From Armatimonadota bacterium (GTDB lineage: Bacteria; Armatimonadota; Armatimonadia; Armatimonadales; Armatimonadaceae), in the NCBI GenBank assembly GCA_043754515.1, contig JAYUUO010000011.1, positions 1-19,290 on the forward strand: DNA of 19,290 nucleotides, given 5' to 3'. Made by a program: the position numbers and the translations under genes. Shown in pieces: positions 1-8,025 of the stretch; the first letter of the stretch is position 1, and every line of letters starts with the position of its first letter. The notes beneath the pieces are model-generated. The model had not been told where the DNA came from, searched no databases, and saw only the letters and a program-made list of their open reading frames with translations.

Positions 1-101
1 GCGATGTCGCCGAGCTTGACGAAGCGCGGGTCGCTCATCAGGGCGTACAGGCGCGGCGAGCCGATAAAGAACGCGGCGTTGTCGTGGCCACCGATCACCG
101 C
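1..101 (-). pseudogene. In-frame continuation of the methyltransferase beyond the TAG (likely start of the target-recognition domain); runs off the window
   Basis: The same frame stays open after the TAG and reads AVIGGHDNAAFFIGSPRLYALMSDPRFVKLGDIA to the window edge. 'xLGDIA' is typical of the TRD entry in these enzymes. Confidence 0.7.
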
Positions 102-2522
102 CTATGGCACCGTGTAGCGGGCGTAGTCGAGAGTTTGGACGTCGGGGGAGTGGGTGGCGACGGCGCGCAGGTTCCGCGTGAGCGTGTCCCATTGCCGGGG
201 GGGAATTGCGCGGAGATCGCCCGCTATCAGGGTGTGACCCGGTTTCGGCGGGCGTTTCGTCAGCGTCACGATGCTGGTGTTCACGGTCGGCGTCTCGAAC
301 ACCCAGCTGGGAACATCGAGCACATGCCGCGCCGACGTTTCCTTGAGTAATCGCTTGCGCAGGGGGCGGAATGTCTTGATCGTGCGCCATGTGTCCGACA
401 CGATCATAGAGAACTGCCCGCCCGGCGCGAGTAGTTGCAGGGCACGCGCCATGAACAAGCCGTAAGTATCCTTGCTCATGCCGCGCTCGTCCGTCTTGGA
501 GCGGTCGAAGTAACGGTCGCGGACGGCATCGGCGACGTTCGCGCCGTACGGAGGATTGGCAAGAACTATGTCGAAGCCGCCAAGCGCCGGCTCGTTTGAC
601 CCGCCAGAAGAGGAGCGCGGCGCGAACACCTGCGCGAACGCGACGCGCCAATCCATGCCGATTTCGTTGGGGTCAACGCCAAGTAACTTGCGTATCTTGT
701 CGCGTTCCACGGCGATTTCTTTGTAAAGGCGGGCTTTAACGTCGGGTTCCCTCGTGTTGAAGAATTCCCGGTACATTTCCTTGAGTTTCGTCGCGTGTCC
801 CTTGAACATGTACCCCTCGAGTCCGAGGCTTCCGGGATTTGGCGCGGACAGGGAATCGCCGCACTCTATCTTGAAGTCGAGGTTGGGGAGCGCGACGTTC
901 ACCGTGCCATCTTTGAGCGGGTTGCGTGTGTCGTCCACCACCAGTGAGAGCCACAAGCGCAAACGGGCGATGTCGGTTGCGAATGGTTCGAGGTCCGCGC
1001 CATACAGGTTCCGTTCGATGATGGCGAGTTTGCGCTTGTGCCGGTCATGCGCGGTCGGCTCTTCGAGGTGCAGTTCGAGACTCTCGGCAAGGTCGAATAT
1101 CTCGCCGAGCATCCCGAGCAGGTACGCGCCGGATCCACAGGCCGGGTCGCAGACGGTCACGTCGCGCAGTCTCTGGAGCAGATCGCGGGTCAGCGCGTTG
1201 GGTAGGTGGTTCGCGGCGGCGCGGCGCAGGTCGGTCGTATCGGCGTCCACCAGGGCGTAGATCGCGTCGGAGTATGGCGACGCGCCGGAGTCGGATAGGT
1301 ACCCCTTCAATGTTTCGCGGCACATGAACGACACAATGGGGCGCGGCGTATAGTAGGAGCCGGTGTCTTTACGCAGGTTCCCTGCCTCGGTCTGCAAGTT
1401 GACTAGTTCCTCGAACACCTGACCGAGCATTTCGGGATCAACCGCGACCTCGGTAAATAGGAGTGTGGACTCGGTAATCGTGAAGTTAAACGGGGCGAAC
1501 AGTTCGGATAAGATAGCCGCGCAGACGGAATCCGGGACGTTCTCGCCGACCATGTCGCCGGGAATCACCGCGTCCCCTCCGGCGGCCTTGGCGAAAAGCC
1601 CACCATTCAGGAATGGTACGCGCCCGACCAGCGACTCCATCGCGGGGTTTTTGATTTCAAGACTCTGGGGATTGTTCAGCGCGGCGAAAAATAGCGGTGA
1701 TAAGTGCGTCTCGTAAAAGTTACTGCCGACCTGTCGCCCGTCCCAGAGAGCTTGCAGGTAGTCCTTGTCGTTGTTGCCGCCCGGTGCTTCGAGCCATCCT
1801 TTTTTGCCGAGGAAGTGGATAAACATCAGGCGGTTGAAGAGGCGCAACGTGTACAGTCGCTTCTTCCCCACGCTGGCGATGCCGGTGATCGAGTCCTCGG
1901 CCTCCAGAAACACGCGCTTGAACTCCCTGTAGAAGCGTTTCGTCGCCGCTTCCACATCCCATGCCGCCACCCACTGTTCGCGCCACGCGTTGGCGTTTGA
2001 CAGGTCTTCTGGCTTCCGCAGACACGGCAGGTTGTGCTTGCATAGGGTTTGCAGGGCAGTGCCGCCGTGTTTCCAACCGAACACGGAAATAGTCGCCCGC
2101 GTATGCGAGGAGCCACGAAAGTGCGCCACGGAAAACTCTTTGTAGTCGGCGGTGCAGAAGAAAATCAGGTCGCCGGTGTTCCAGGCGTTGAGCAACGCGT
2201 CACGCCGTGACTCGGAAAGCCCGCGCAGGACGGCGCGGAGCGGCAATGTTTCGAGCGACTTGCCCGACGTAAACTCGATAAGGAAGACGCCGAAAGGCTG
2301 GTTGGCGGAAATATTTTGAATCTGCTGAATGGAGTGGATGCGTTGCCCGGAACTCTCCCCGAGAGCAAGCTCGTCAGCGGTGTAATCGAACGTCGTGTCG
2401 GGCGAAACATCTGTCCATCCGAGACCGCCGGACTCGTCCGCGAGAAAGGCGAAGAAACTGTCGCGGTCGGACACGGAGCGTAGCCGGGTGGCGAGGAGTT
2501 GGGGGTCAATAGGGTGGGGCAT
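102..2522 (-). CDS. Eco57I/type IIG-like N6-adenine DNA methyltransferase (restriction-modification), ending at a probably premature TAG
   Basis: 806-aa ORF with SAM-binding motif I VCDPACGSGAYL, catalytic motif IV DIVLANPPY, and the family-typical segments VPFLNGGLF, VDPEMLGQVFEEL, GSYYTPRPIV and IARLRLWLSL. It stops at TAG (102-104) before any target-recognition domain. Confidence 0.9.
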   Translation of the reverse strand: MPHPIDPQLLATRLRSVSDRDSFFAFLADESGGLGWTDVSPDTTFDYTADELALGESSGQRIHSIQQIQNISANQPFGVFLIEFTSGKSLETLPLRAVLRGLSESRRDALLNAWNTGDLIFFCTADYKEFSVAHFRGSSHTRATISVFGWKHGGTALQTLCKHNLPCLRKPEDLSNANAWREQWVAAWDVEAATKRFYREFKRVFLEAEDSITGIASVGKKRLYTLRLFNRLMFIHFLGKKGWLEAPGGNNDKDYLQALWDGRQVGSNFYETHLSPLFFAALNNPQSLEIKNPAMESLVGRVPFLNGGLFAKAAGGDAVIPGDMVGENVPDSVCAAILSELFAPFNFTITESTLLFTEVAVDPEMLGQVFEELVNLQTEAGNLRKDTGSYYTPRPIVSFMCRETLKGYLSDSGASPYSDAIYALVDADTTDLRRAAANHLPNALTRDLLQRLRDVTVCDPACGSGAYLLGMLGEIFDLAESLELHLEEPTAHDRHKRKLAIIERNLYGADLEPFATDIARLRLWLSLVVDDTRNPLKDGTVNVALPNLDFKIECGDSLSAPNPGSLGLEGYMFKGHATKLKEMYREFFNTREPDVKARLYKEIAVERDKIRKLLGVDPNEIGMDWRVAFAQVFAPRSSSGGSNEPALGGFDIVLANPPYGANVADAVRDRYFDRSKTDERGMSKDTYGLFMARALQLLAPGGQFSMIVSDTWRTIKTFRPLRKRLLKETSARHVLDVPSWVFETPTVNTSIVTLTKRPPKPGHTLIAGDLRAIPPRQWDTLTRNLRAVATHSPDVQTLDYARYTVP

Positions 2523-2628
2523 GAGAGCGTGTTTCCACGACCGAACCCTGTTTTCCTGCCTTTTTTGGACACCCCGGAAACCAGGGCCTTAGTTCCACCG
2601 CGCGCGGACAGCGTAGTAACGCGCCCGC

Positions 2629-3429
2629 TTACGGCAACGCCTCCGCCATCGCCGCCTTGTATCCGTCGTAGTCCTGCAGATCGTTGTGCCCCGCACCTTC
2701 TATCGTCACCAGTTTGCCCGTCGACCGGATGAGCGGCAGGAGTTTGCGCGAGCCGGAGTAGGCGATCACGTCGTCGCGCGTGCCGTGTATCAGCGTGACA
2801 GGACAACGCACGTCGCCGATCCAGTCCCGCGTCGGGATGGGGTACTTGACGATGAACGGTGGTATGAACGGGAATCGGCTGAGCGCCTGCTCCGTCAGGC
2901 TGAAGTAGGGCGTGATCAGAATCAGCGCGCGGGGGTGATTGAGCGCGGCGACGCGGGTGGCCATCCCGGTGCCGAGCGAACGCCCGATCACGGTCAGCTG
3001 TGTCTCCGGGTACCGCGCTTTGAGGTAGGCGTACGCGAGCGTCGCGGTCTCATGCAGCTGCGCCTCGCCGGACAGGGTGCCGCCGCTCTTGCCGTAGCCG
3101 GGGTAATCGGGCAAGAGCACGTCGTACCCGGCGGCGTTCAGGCTTTGCGCCTCGCGACCCCAGCCGCGCAGACTGCCGCCGTTGCCGTGCAGATACAGAA
3201 TCGCGCCTTTGGGACGGGGGACGGTGAAATACAGCGCGTTGAGGCGGGTGCCGCCCTTCGTCGTCAGCCAGACCTCCTCGTGCCGACCGGGGAAGTCGAA
3301 GGCGTAGGCAGTGCTTAGCACCTGCGGGTAGAAAATCAGGTGTTCCTGCACAAAGAAAAGCACGCCGCAGACGACGACGTAGATCGCCGCGAGGACGATT
3401 CCGATGTTCATGACGACGGCGCGAAGCAT
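2629..3429 (-). CDS. Alpha/beta hydrolase (ABHD13/Bem46-like) with N-terminal membrane anchor
   Basis: Oxyanion motif HGNGG, nucleophile elbow GRSLG, HGTRD and GAGHND (Ser-Asp-His triad), and N-terminal TM helix IGIVLAAIYVVVCGVLFFVQ. Start moved to ATG 3429 (alternative 3411) to avoid overlap with the divergent gene. Confidence 0.9.
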   Translation of the reverse strand: MLRAVVMNIGIVLAAIYVVVCGVLFFVQEHLIFYPQVLSTAYAFDFPGRHEEVWLTTKGGTRLNALYFTVPRPKGAILYLHGNGGSLRGWGREAQSLNAAGYDVLLPDYPGYGKSGGTLSGEAQLHETATLAYAYLKARYPETQLTVIGRSLGTGMATRVAALNHPRALILITPYFSLTEQALSRFPFIPPFIVKYPIPTRDWIGDVRCPVTLIHGTRDDVIAYSGSRKLLPLIRSTGKLVTIEGAGHNDLQDYDGYKAAMAEALP

Positions 3430-3457
3430 AGCGTATAATATCCCGAAGGAACAACTC
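3430..3457. promoter_or_regulatory. Compact bidirectional promoter (overlapping -10 boxes) and RBS
   Basis: TATAAT at 3434-3439 (+) overlaps TATTAT at 3440-3435 (-). SD AAGGA at 3446-3450 precedes ATG 3458. Confidence 0.55.
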
Positions 3458-5014
3458 ATGCTTTTTGCGGACGCGGTGTTTACAAACGGGGCGTTCACGA
3501 CGCTGGACGACGCGGTGCCGACGGCGACCGCCTTAGCCGTGTGCGGCGGTCGCGTCGTCTATGTCGGCGACGATACGGGGGCGGCTACCTATATCGGCGC
3601 GGGGACCCGGCGCGTTGACCTGGGCGGGAAGCCCGTTGTGCCGGGGTTTTGCGACGCGCACCTGCACGTCTACTGGTTCGGCATGCTTCTGATGCGGCAA
3701 GCAGACCTGAGCGGGACGGGCGATCTGGACGAATTGCTGGCGCGACTTTCCGAGGCGGCGGGTAAGAGCGATGGGTGGATTTTGGGGCGTGGGTTCGACC
3801 AGGACAAACTGCGTGAGCAACGGTTCCCGACCCGCGCCGATTTGGACCGGGTCTCAGCGACGCGTCCGGTGCTGATCACCCGCGTCTGCGGGCACGCGGT
3901 GGTGGCGAACTCGGCGGCGTTGTCGCTACTAACCGACGACGAACGTGCCCTCGGCGATGCGGACGCCGGGCTGTACACTGAAACAGCTATCGGCGCACTC
4001 CGCAAATACGTGCCACCGATGAGCGAGTCGGAGAGCGAGGAGGCCGTGTCCACCGCGCTGAACGTCGCCCTCTCGCGCGGCATTACCTCGGTCGGCACCT
4101 TGCTCGATACGCCGGATCAGATGGGTGCCTATCTTCGTCTGAAGCGCAAAAAGCAGTTGCCGCCGGTGCGTGTCACGGCGCATCCGCCTCATAAGGCGGC
4201 GGTCGGCTCGCTCGCCGAGAACGGCATCGCCACGGGGTTTGGCGACGAGTGGCTTCGATACGGCGGGGCGAAACTGTTCACGGACGGCTCGCTCGGTGCC
4301 CGCACCGCGCTCCTCGCCGCGCCCTACGCCGACGACCCGAAACATCCGACCAACACCGGGATCCGAATCTATGACCCGGAAGACCTGAAGGTGAAGGCGT
4401 TAGACGCCCAGCGCAAGGGCTGGCAGCTTGTCATCCACGCCATCGGGGATCAGGCGGTGCGCGAGACGCTGAACGCCATCGAGTACGCGCTCGACCACGA
4501 TGACCGCCCGAACTCGTACCACCGGCACCGGATAGAGCACGCCTCGATCCTGCCGCCCGATCTGCTAGCGTGGATGGCGTCACACCAGATTTTAGGCGTC
4601 CTGCAACCGCAGTTCGTGACGTCCGACACCTGGACAGGGGTGCGCGTCGGCGCGGAGCGGGCGGCGGGGGCGTACCCGTTCCGCCGGATGCACGACGGGG
4701 GCATCCCGCTCGCCCTGTCGTCGGACTGCCCCGTGGAGCGGCTGGACCCGTTCGCCTGTCTCGCGGCAGCCGTGTTCCGCGATCCGTGGTCGCCGGACGA
4801 GCGTTTGACCATGGCCGAGGCGTTGCGCCTGTACTGCGTCGGCGGGGCATATGCGTCGCACCAAGAACACGAGGTCGGCTCTTTGACGGTGGGCAAACTC
4901 GCCGACTTCGTGGTGCTGTCGGGCGATCTGCTCGCGTGCGAGACCGCCGAGGCGGTGAACTCGCTCCGCGTCGAGCGGGTGTTTGTCGGCGGCGAGGAGA
5001 GGTTTAGCGCGTGA
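3458..5014 (+). CDS. Metal-dependent amidohydrolase, YtcJ-like (Amidohydro_3)
   Basis: PGFCDAHLH (HxH), KLFTDGSLGARTA, IHAIGD, RIEHA, SSDCP and GSLTVGKLADFVVL. The SD AAGGA supports the start at 3458. Confidence 0.92.
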   Translation: MLFADAVFTNGAFTTLDDAVPTATALAVCGGRVVYVGDDTGAATYIGAGTRRVDLGGKPVVPGFCDAHLHVYWFGMLLMRQADLSGTGDLDELLARLSEAAGKSDGWILGRGFDQDKLREQRFPTRADLDRVSATRPVLITRVCGHAVVANSAALSLLTDDERALGDADAGLYTETAIGALRKYVPPMSESESEEAVSTALNVALSRGITSVGTLLDTPDQMGAYLRLKRKKQLPPVRVTAHPPHKAAVGSLAENGIATGFGDEWLRYGGAKLFTDGSLGARTALLAAPYADDPKHPTNTGIRIYDPEDLKVKALDAQRKGWQLVIHAIGDQAVRETLNAIEYALDHDDRPNSYHRHRIEHASILPPDLLAWMASHQILGVLQPQFVTSDTWTGVRVGAERAAGAYPFRRMHDGGIPLALSSDCPVERLDPFACLAAAVFRDPWSPDERLTMAEALRLYCVGGAYASHQEHEVGSLTVGKLADFVVLSGDLLACETAEAVNSLRVERVFVGGEERFSA

Positions 5015-6390
5015 GGAGCGGGGTGTCGGCGCGGGTCTCGCTCGCACGGGGCGGGGTGTCGGCGCGGACGCGGGTCGCACTCGCGTGGGGCGCGGGCGTC
5101 GCGGCATTCTGCCTGCTGGAGTTCGGGCTGGCGCAACTATTCGCCGCCGAGGAGAACTTCCAGGTCGAGTGGGCACTGCGACTGCCCAAAGAGCGGGAGC
5201 GGGCGAGAAAGGCCGGGTTTACGGACGCGGTTCCCGCGCCGCCCAGATTCGACCCGGCGACGGACGCGGGCGTTGACTGGATTTTGCTCGACGCCAAAAT
5301 GCGGGCGAACAGTCCCGATGGTAAACTCGACCAGTATAACATTCTATGGGGCTACGCGAACCCCCGTACGCGGCGAAAAGTCAAACGTTCCGAGGTCCTG
5401 GCACTGCTGACAAAGTACAGGCCGTTCATGCCGGACGCGGATCGTGCGTCCTGGAAAGTGAATTGCCACCTGCCGCCGCGCGCCAGCCATGACGGGTGGG
5501 AAGGCTTCCACGCCTGTAACCTTTCCGCGGCTATGTATCTGGCTCGCGCGGTCGAGGCCCGTGACCGAGGTGACATGAATGGCGCGGTCTCGGATCTGAC
5601 CACCGCCGTTCGCACAGCCCGCCAGCTACAATCACAGAGCACCTTTTCCGGGAATGGTAACGGAATGTCCATTGAGCTACTTGCCTTACGCATCCTGCGC
5701 GAGTCGCCCCAGGCGAAAAACTCGCTGATGCGCTTCGGGAATCAGGGGCCGATGATGTTTCTGCTAAGTCCTCCGCCCGATGAACCGTCGGCATCGTCCC
5801 GCCTCCGGGCGATTCTTCGCGACGACTGGAGTCAAATCCACGCGGAATTACATCGGCGGCGGTCAGAGAAGTATGAGCGCGACAAGATTAATGTCATTGG
5901 CTCCATCCCGATTCTGAGTCTTCTTAACCGCCTCGATTTCGTGCTAGGTCACAGGGTGAACAATGACTCGCAGGAAGCGTTGAACGCCTGGGTGATGGCG
6001 GGTGTTGCTTCGCGTTTGCGCAACCACCCGGACCGCTCGCGCCCTTATACGATATGGAAAATAACGGAGTCCTGGGACGCGCATGTCGAACGTCAGATGG
6101 AAGGGCACCCCCAGTGGATGGAGCCGACGCAGTGGGAGAACGTCCCGCTCACTCGGCTGATGCGGGACACGGATAGGGCACTGACTACCGCCGTCTGGAA
6201 CCAGGTAAACGGGCGGCACACGCCAGTCCCGGATGACCCGTTCGCGGGCAAGCCGCATGTCCCGCTCCGCCGCCGCGACTTACCCGACGGTGCCACCATC
6301 TGGTACAGTGTGGGCGAGGACGGCAAGGATGACGGGGGCGACTGGATGAAAGACCGGACGGCGCGGGTGCCGCCGCCGATGAAGAAGTGA
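5011..6390 (+). CDS. Hypothetical membrane-anchored protein with a GspG/pilin-like C-terminal motif
   Basis: 459-aa ORF with GTGA overlap to the upstream stop, N-terminal hydrophobic helix (ALAWGAGVAAFCLLEFGLAQLF), and C-terminal DDPF...WYSVGEDGKDDGG. Confidence 0.7.
   Translation: MRSGVSARVSLARGGVSARTRVALAWGAGVAAFCLLEFGLAQLFAAEENFQVEWALRLPKERERARKAGFTDAVPAPPRFDPATDAGVDWILLDAKMRANSPDGKLDQYNILWGYANPRTRRKVKRSEVLALLTKYRPFMPDADRASWKVNCHLPPRASHDGWEGFHACNLSAAMYLARAVEARDRGDMNGAVSDLTTAVRTARQLQSQSTFSGNGNGMSIELLALRILRESPQAKNSLMRFGNQGPMMFLLSPPPDEPSASSRLRAILRDDWSQIHAELHRRRSEKYERDKINVIGSIPILSLLNRLDFVLGHRVNNDSQEALNAWVMAGVASRLRNHPDRSRPYTIWKITESWDAHVERQMEGHPQWMEPTQWENVPLTRLMRDTDRALTTAVWNQVNGRHTPVPDDPFAGKPHVPLRRRDLPDGATIWYSVGEDGKDDGGDWMKDRTARVPPPMKK
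5018..5090 (+). repeat. Imperfect 33-bp tandem duplication at the gene 5' end
   Basis: gcggggtgtcggcgcgg occurs exactly at 5018-5034 and 5051-5067; the protein reads GVSARVSLARG / GVSARTRVALAWG. Confidence 0.75.
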
Positions 6391-6462
6391 CTCCGGGGGC
6401 TGGGCTTGAACCAGCGTCCAGTCGGGAAAGAGCCGACCGCTCTGCCACTGAGCTACCCCGGA
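6388..6462 (-). tRNA. Atypical tRNA or tRNA-like RNA: anticodon CTT (Lys) on a tRNA-Asn-like body
   Basis: Minus strand folds as TCCGGGG TA GCTC AGTGGCA GAGC G GTCGG CTCTTTC CCGAC TGGAC GCTGG TTCAAGC CCAGC CCCCGGA G TCA. Stems are perfect (7/4/5/5 bp); position 37 is T and 38 is C; the discriminator is G; the 3' end is TCA rather than CCA. Confidence 0.8.
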
Positions 6463-6539
6463 GTCATTGCTACTGTATCGCGCGCGGGTGGCGTTCCGCT
6501 AAATAGCCGCGTGGCATCGCAAAGAAGCGCGTAGCGTTG

Positions 6540-6599
6540 GTTACGCGTGTCCGCCTCGTACGCGGGCCCGCGTAACGGCTCGGCAAAACTAGTTTTGCC
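6540..6599. repeat. Cluster of perfect palindromes/inverted repeats
   Basis: tacgcgggcccgcgta (6559-6574, 16-bp perfect palindrome); gttacgcg (6540-6547) and cgcgtaac (6569-6576) form an inverted repeat; ggcaaaactagttttgcc (6582-6599, 18-bp perfect palindrome over the stop codon). Confidence 0.8.
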
Positions 6600-7899
6600 T
6601 GTGCCCGCTGAAGAAACGGGCCTCGCGCAGCATCTTCGCCAGGAACGGACTACCGACCGACATCCCGTGTACCAGTTCCGGCGTCGGGCGGAACGGGACG
6701 GCACGCGCGGGCGGTCGGGGCGCGGTCCAGCCGGATTTCGCCGGGTCAACACCGTGCCGGATGCAAACCCGCTCGATAATGTCCCGTGTACAAAGTGCCT
6801 TGCCGGTCAGCACTTCCCAGGGCAGGGGCAGTTCGCGCCACACGGCCACATCCGCGTGCAACCCCTGGCCCGCCTGAAATTGCCACGCGACCACGTCCGC
6901 CGCCATCAGGCGGAGCACCTTACCAGGGCAGACTACGCCCAGAAGGTCGTCCATCCCGAGGGCGAATAACACCGCGAAATACCCCGAACGCGCTTTGTTC
7001 CAGGCGGACGCGAGATTGTTCCAGGTCGTGCTGTCGTTGCCGCGCCGGACGACCATGTTAGTCCGATCAATCGCCGTGCCGTCGAACACGCCGCGCAACA
7101 TCTCCGCGACCTCTGTGAGCACGACGAAATGACGCGACAAAAGGACGCCCTTCTGCTCGTCCGTGAGATGCGCGAGGACATCCGCGCATGGGAAAACCGA
7201 CGCGATAATCTCCCACGAAACGGTTTCACTCCGCGCCGCCCGCTCATACAGCATTTCGGCGATCTGGTCGAACGGCTTCTCCTGCCCGCCGATGGTAAAC
7301 TCGCTCCGCAAGTTGCACCGCGCGGTGAAGTACGCGACGAACGCCGCCGAAGCCGCGTCGCGCACGAAAATCTCTCGCATAATTTCCGAGGCGAACCCGG
7401 ATTTGCCGACGCGGGTGAGGCGCGACTTGTTCGTCTCACGGGCTAGCACCATCGTCTTTTCCTCCAGACGCTTTAAGAGACGGAACCGTTTGTTGTACTG
7501 ACGACGTGACAGGTGCCCCAGGCCGGACGAGACACGCTCGCCGTGATCCAGACGGTCATGGCGGAAGTCGTTCGCCCCGAACGTCTTTCCGATGACCGGG
7601 TTGACGAGGCGTGCGAACGTCTCCACCGCGTCCGGGTCTCCGCACCATGCGGGTTGCAGATGGGATACGCCGAAAATCTCGCCTATTTTCGCGACCTGTT
7701 GCTCCGCGCCGACAGGGGCGGCGAACGTTTCCGATAGGGATGTGTATCCCCACGCGTTTTTACGCAGGGAGTGGCGTGCGGCGCGGTCGAGGATCTTTCG
7801 CTCGGCGGCGGTGAACCCGAAAACCGCGTCATTCAAGAGTAGTTCGGCGATCTCTTCCGGGCGGCGGCGTTCTCGAAGTGTCGCATACAGCGTGTCCAT
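6589..7899 (-). CDS. Hypothetical protein (436 aa, basic, probably largely helical), function unknown
   Basis: Long ORF with SD-like AAGGGA upstream. It carries motif-like blocks (RPEEIA, RRQYNKRFRLL, AYFTARCNLRSEFT, MVVRRGNDSTTWN..AWNKAR, GKVLRLMAADV, LPLPWEV, PTPELVHG). No named domain recognised. Confidence 0.85.
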   Translation of the reverse strand: MDTLYATLRERRRPEEIAELLLNDAVFGFTAAERKILDRAARHSLRKNAWGYTSLSETFAAPVGAEQQVAKIGEIFGVSHLQPAWCGDPDAVETFARLVNPVIGKTFGANDFRHDRLDHGERVSSGLGHLSRRQYNKRFRLLKRLEEKTMVLARETNKSRLTRVGKSGFASEIMREIFVRDAASAAFVAYFTARCNLRSEFTIGGQEKPFDQIAEMLYERAARSETVSWEIIASVFPCADVLAHLTDEQKGVLLSRHFVVLTEVAEMLRGVFDGTAIDRTNMVVRRGNDSTTWNNLASAWNKARSGYFAVLFALGMDDLLGVVCPGKVLRLMAADVVAWQFQAGQGLHADVAVWRELPLPWEVLTGKALCTRDIIERVCIRHGVDPAKSGWTAPRPPARAVPFRPTPELVHGMSVGSPFLAKMLREARFFSGHRQN

Positions 7900-7920
7900 A
7901 GCGTTCCCTTTCCGAGTAGT

Positions 7921-8025
7921 TCAGAGTGATAATGTAGCTGTGTCGCGCGGCACCGCCCCCGCGCTAAAGTTGCCGGTGTCATTCCACCTGTTCGTGTCAC
8001 GGATGCTTTCGAAAATCACCCGCAT
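7921..8025 (-). CDS. Putative 34-aa leader peptide (uORF), MRVIFESIRDTNRWNDTGNFSAGAVPRDTATLSL
   Basis: Perfect SD TAAGGAGG (8038-8031) lies 5 nt before ATG 8025. The stop TGA at 7923-7921 is 21 nt before the ATG of the 436-aa gene. Too short for the ORF track. Confidence 0.55.
   Translation of the reverse strand: MRVIFESIRDTNRWNDTGNFSAGAVPRDTATLSL

Noticed and set aside
102..104. Genome-wide TAG recoding (pyrrolysine or alternative code), or suppression by the CTT-anticodon tRNA
   Set aside because: TAG terminates other genes at natural ends (6589-6591, 13038-13040, 14428-14430), no pyl genes are present, and the anticodon is CTT rather than CTA. A link would be pure speculation.
5018..5097. 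Possible CRISPR or REP array
   Set aside because: Only two imperfect units, in frame within a CDS, with no spacers and no cas genes.
1..6462. Integrative element bounded by the tRNA and carrying the R-M gene
   Set aside because: No integrase, transposase or att duplicate is visible in the window, and the intervening genes look like ordinary hydrolases.
7921..7960. Minus-strand GGTGCCGCGCGACACAGCTACAT resembling my recollection of the 5' strand of bacterial Y-RNA-like elements
   Set aside because: No complementary 3' strand was found nearby to close the stem and no TROVE gene is in the window. It needs an Infernal search, so it is not called as an ncRNA.
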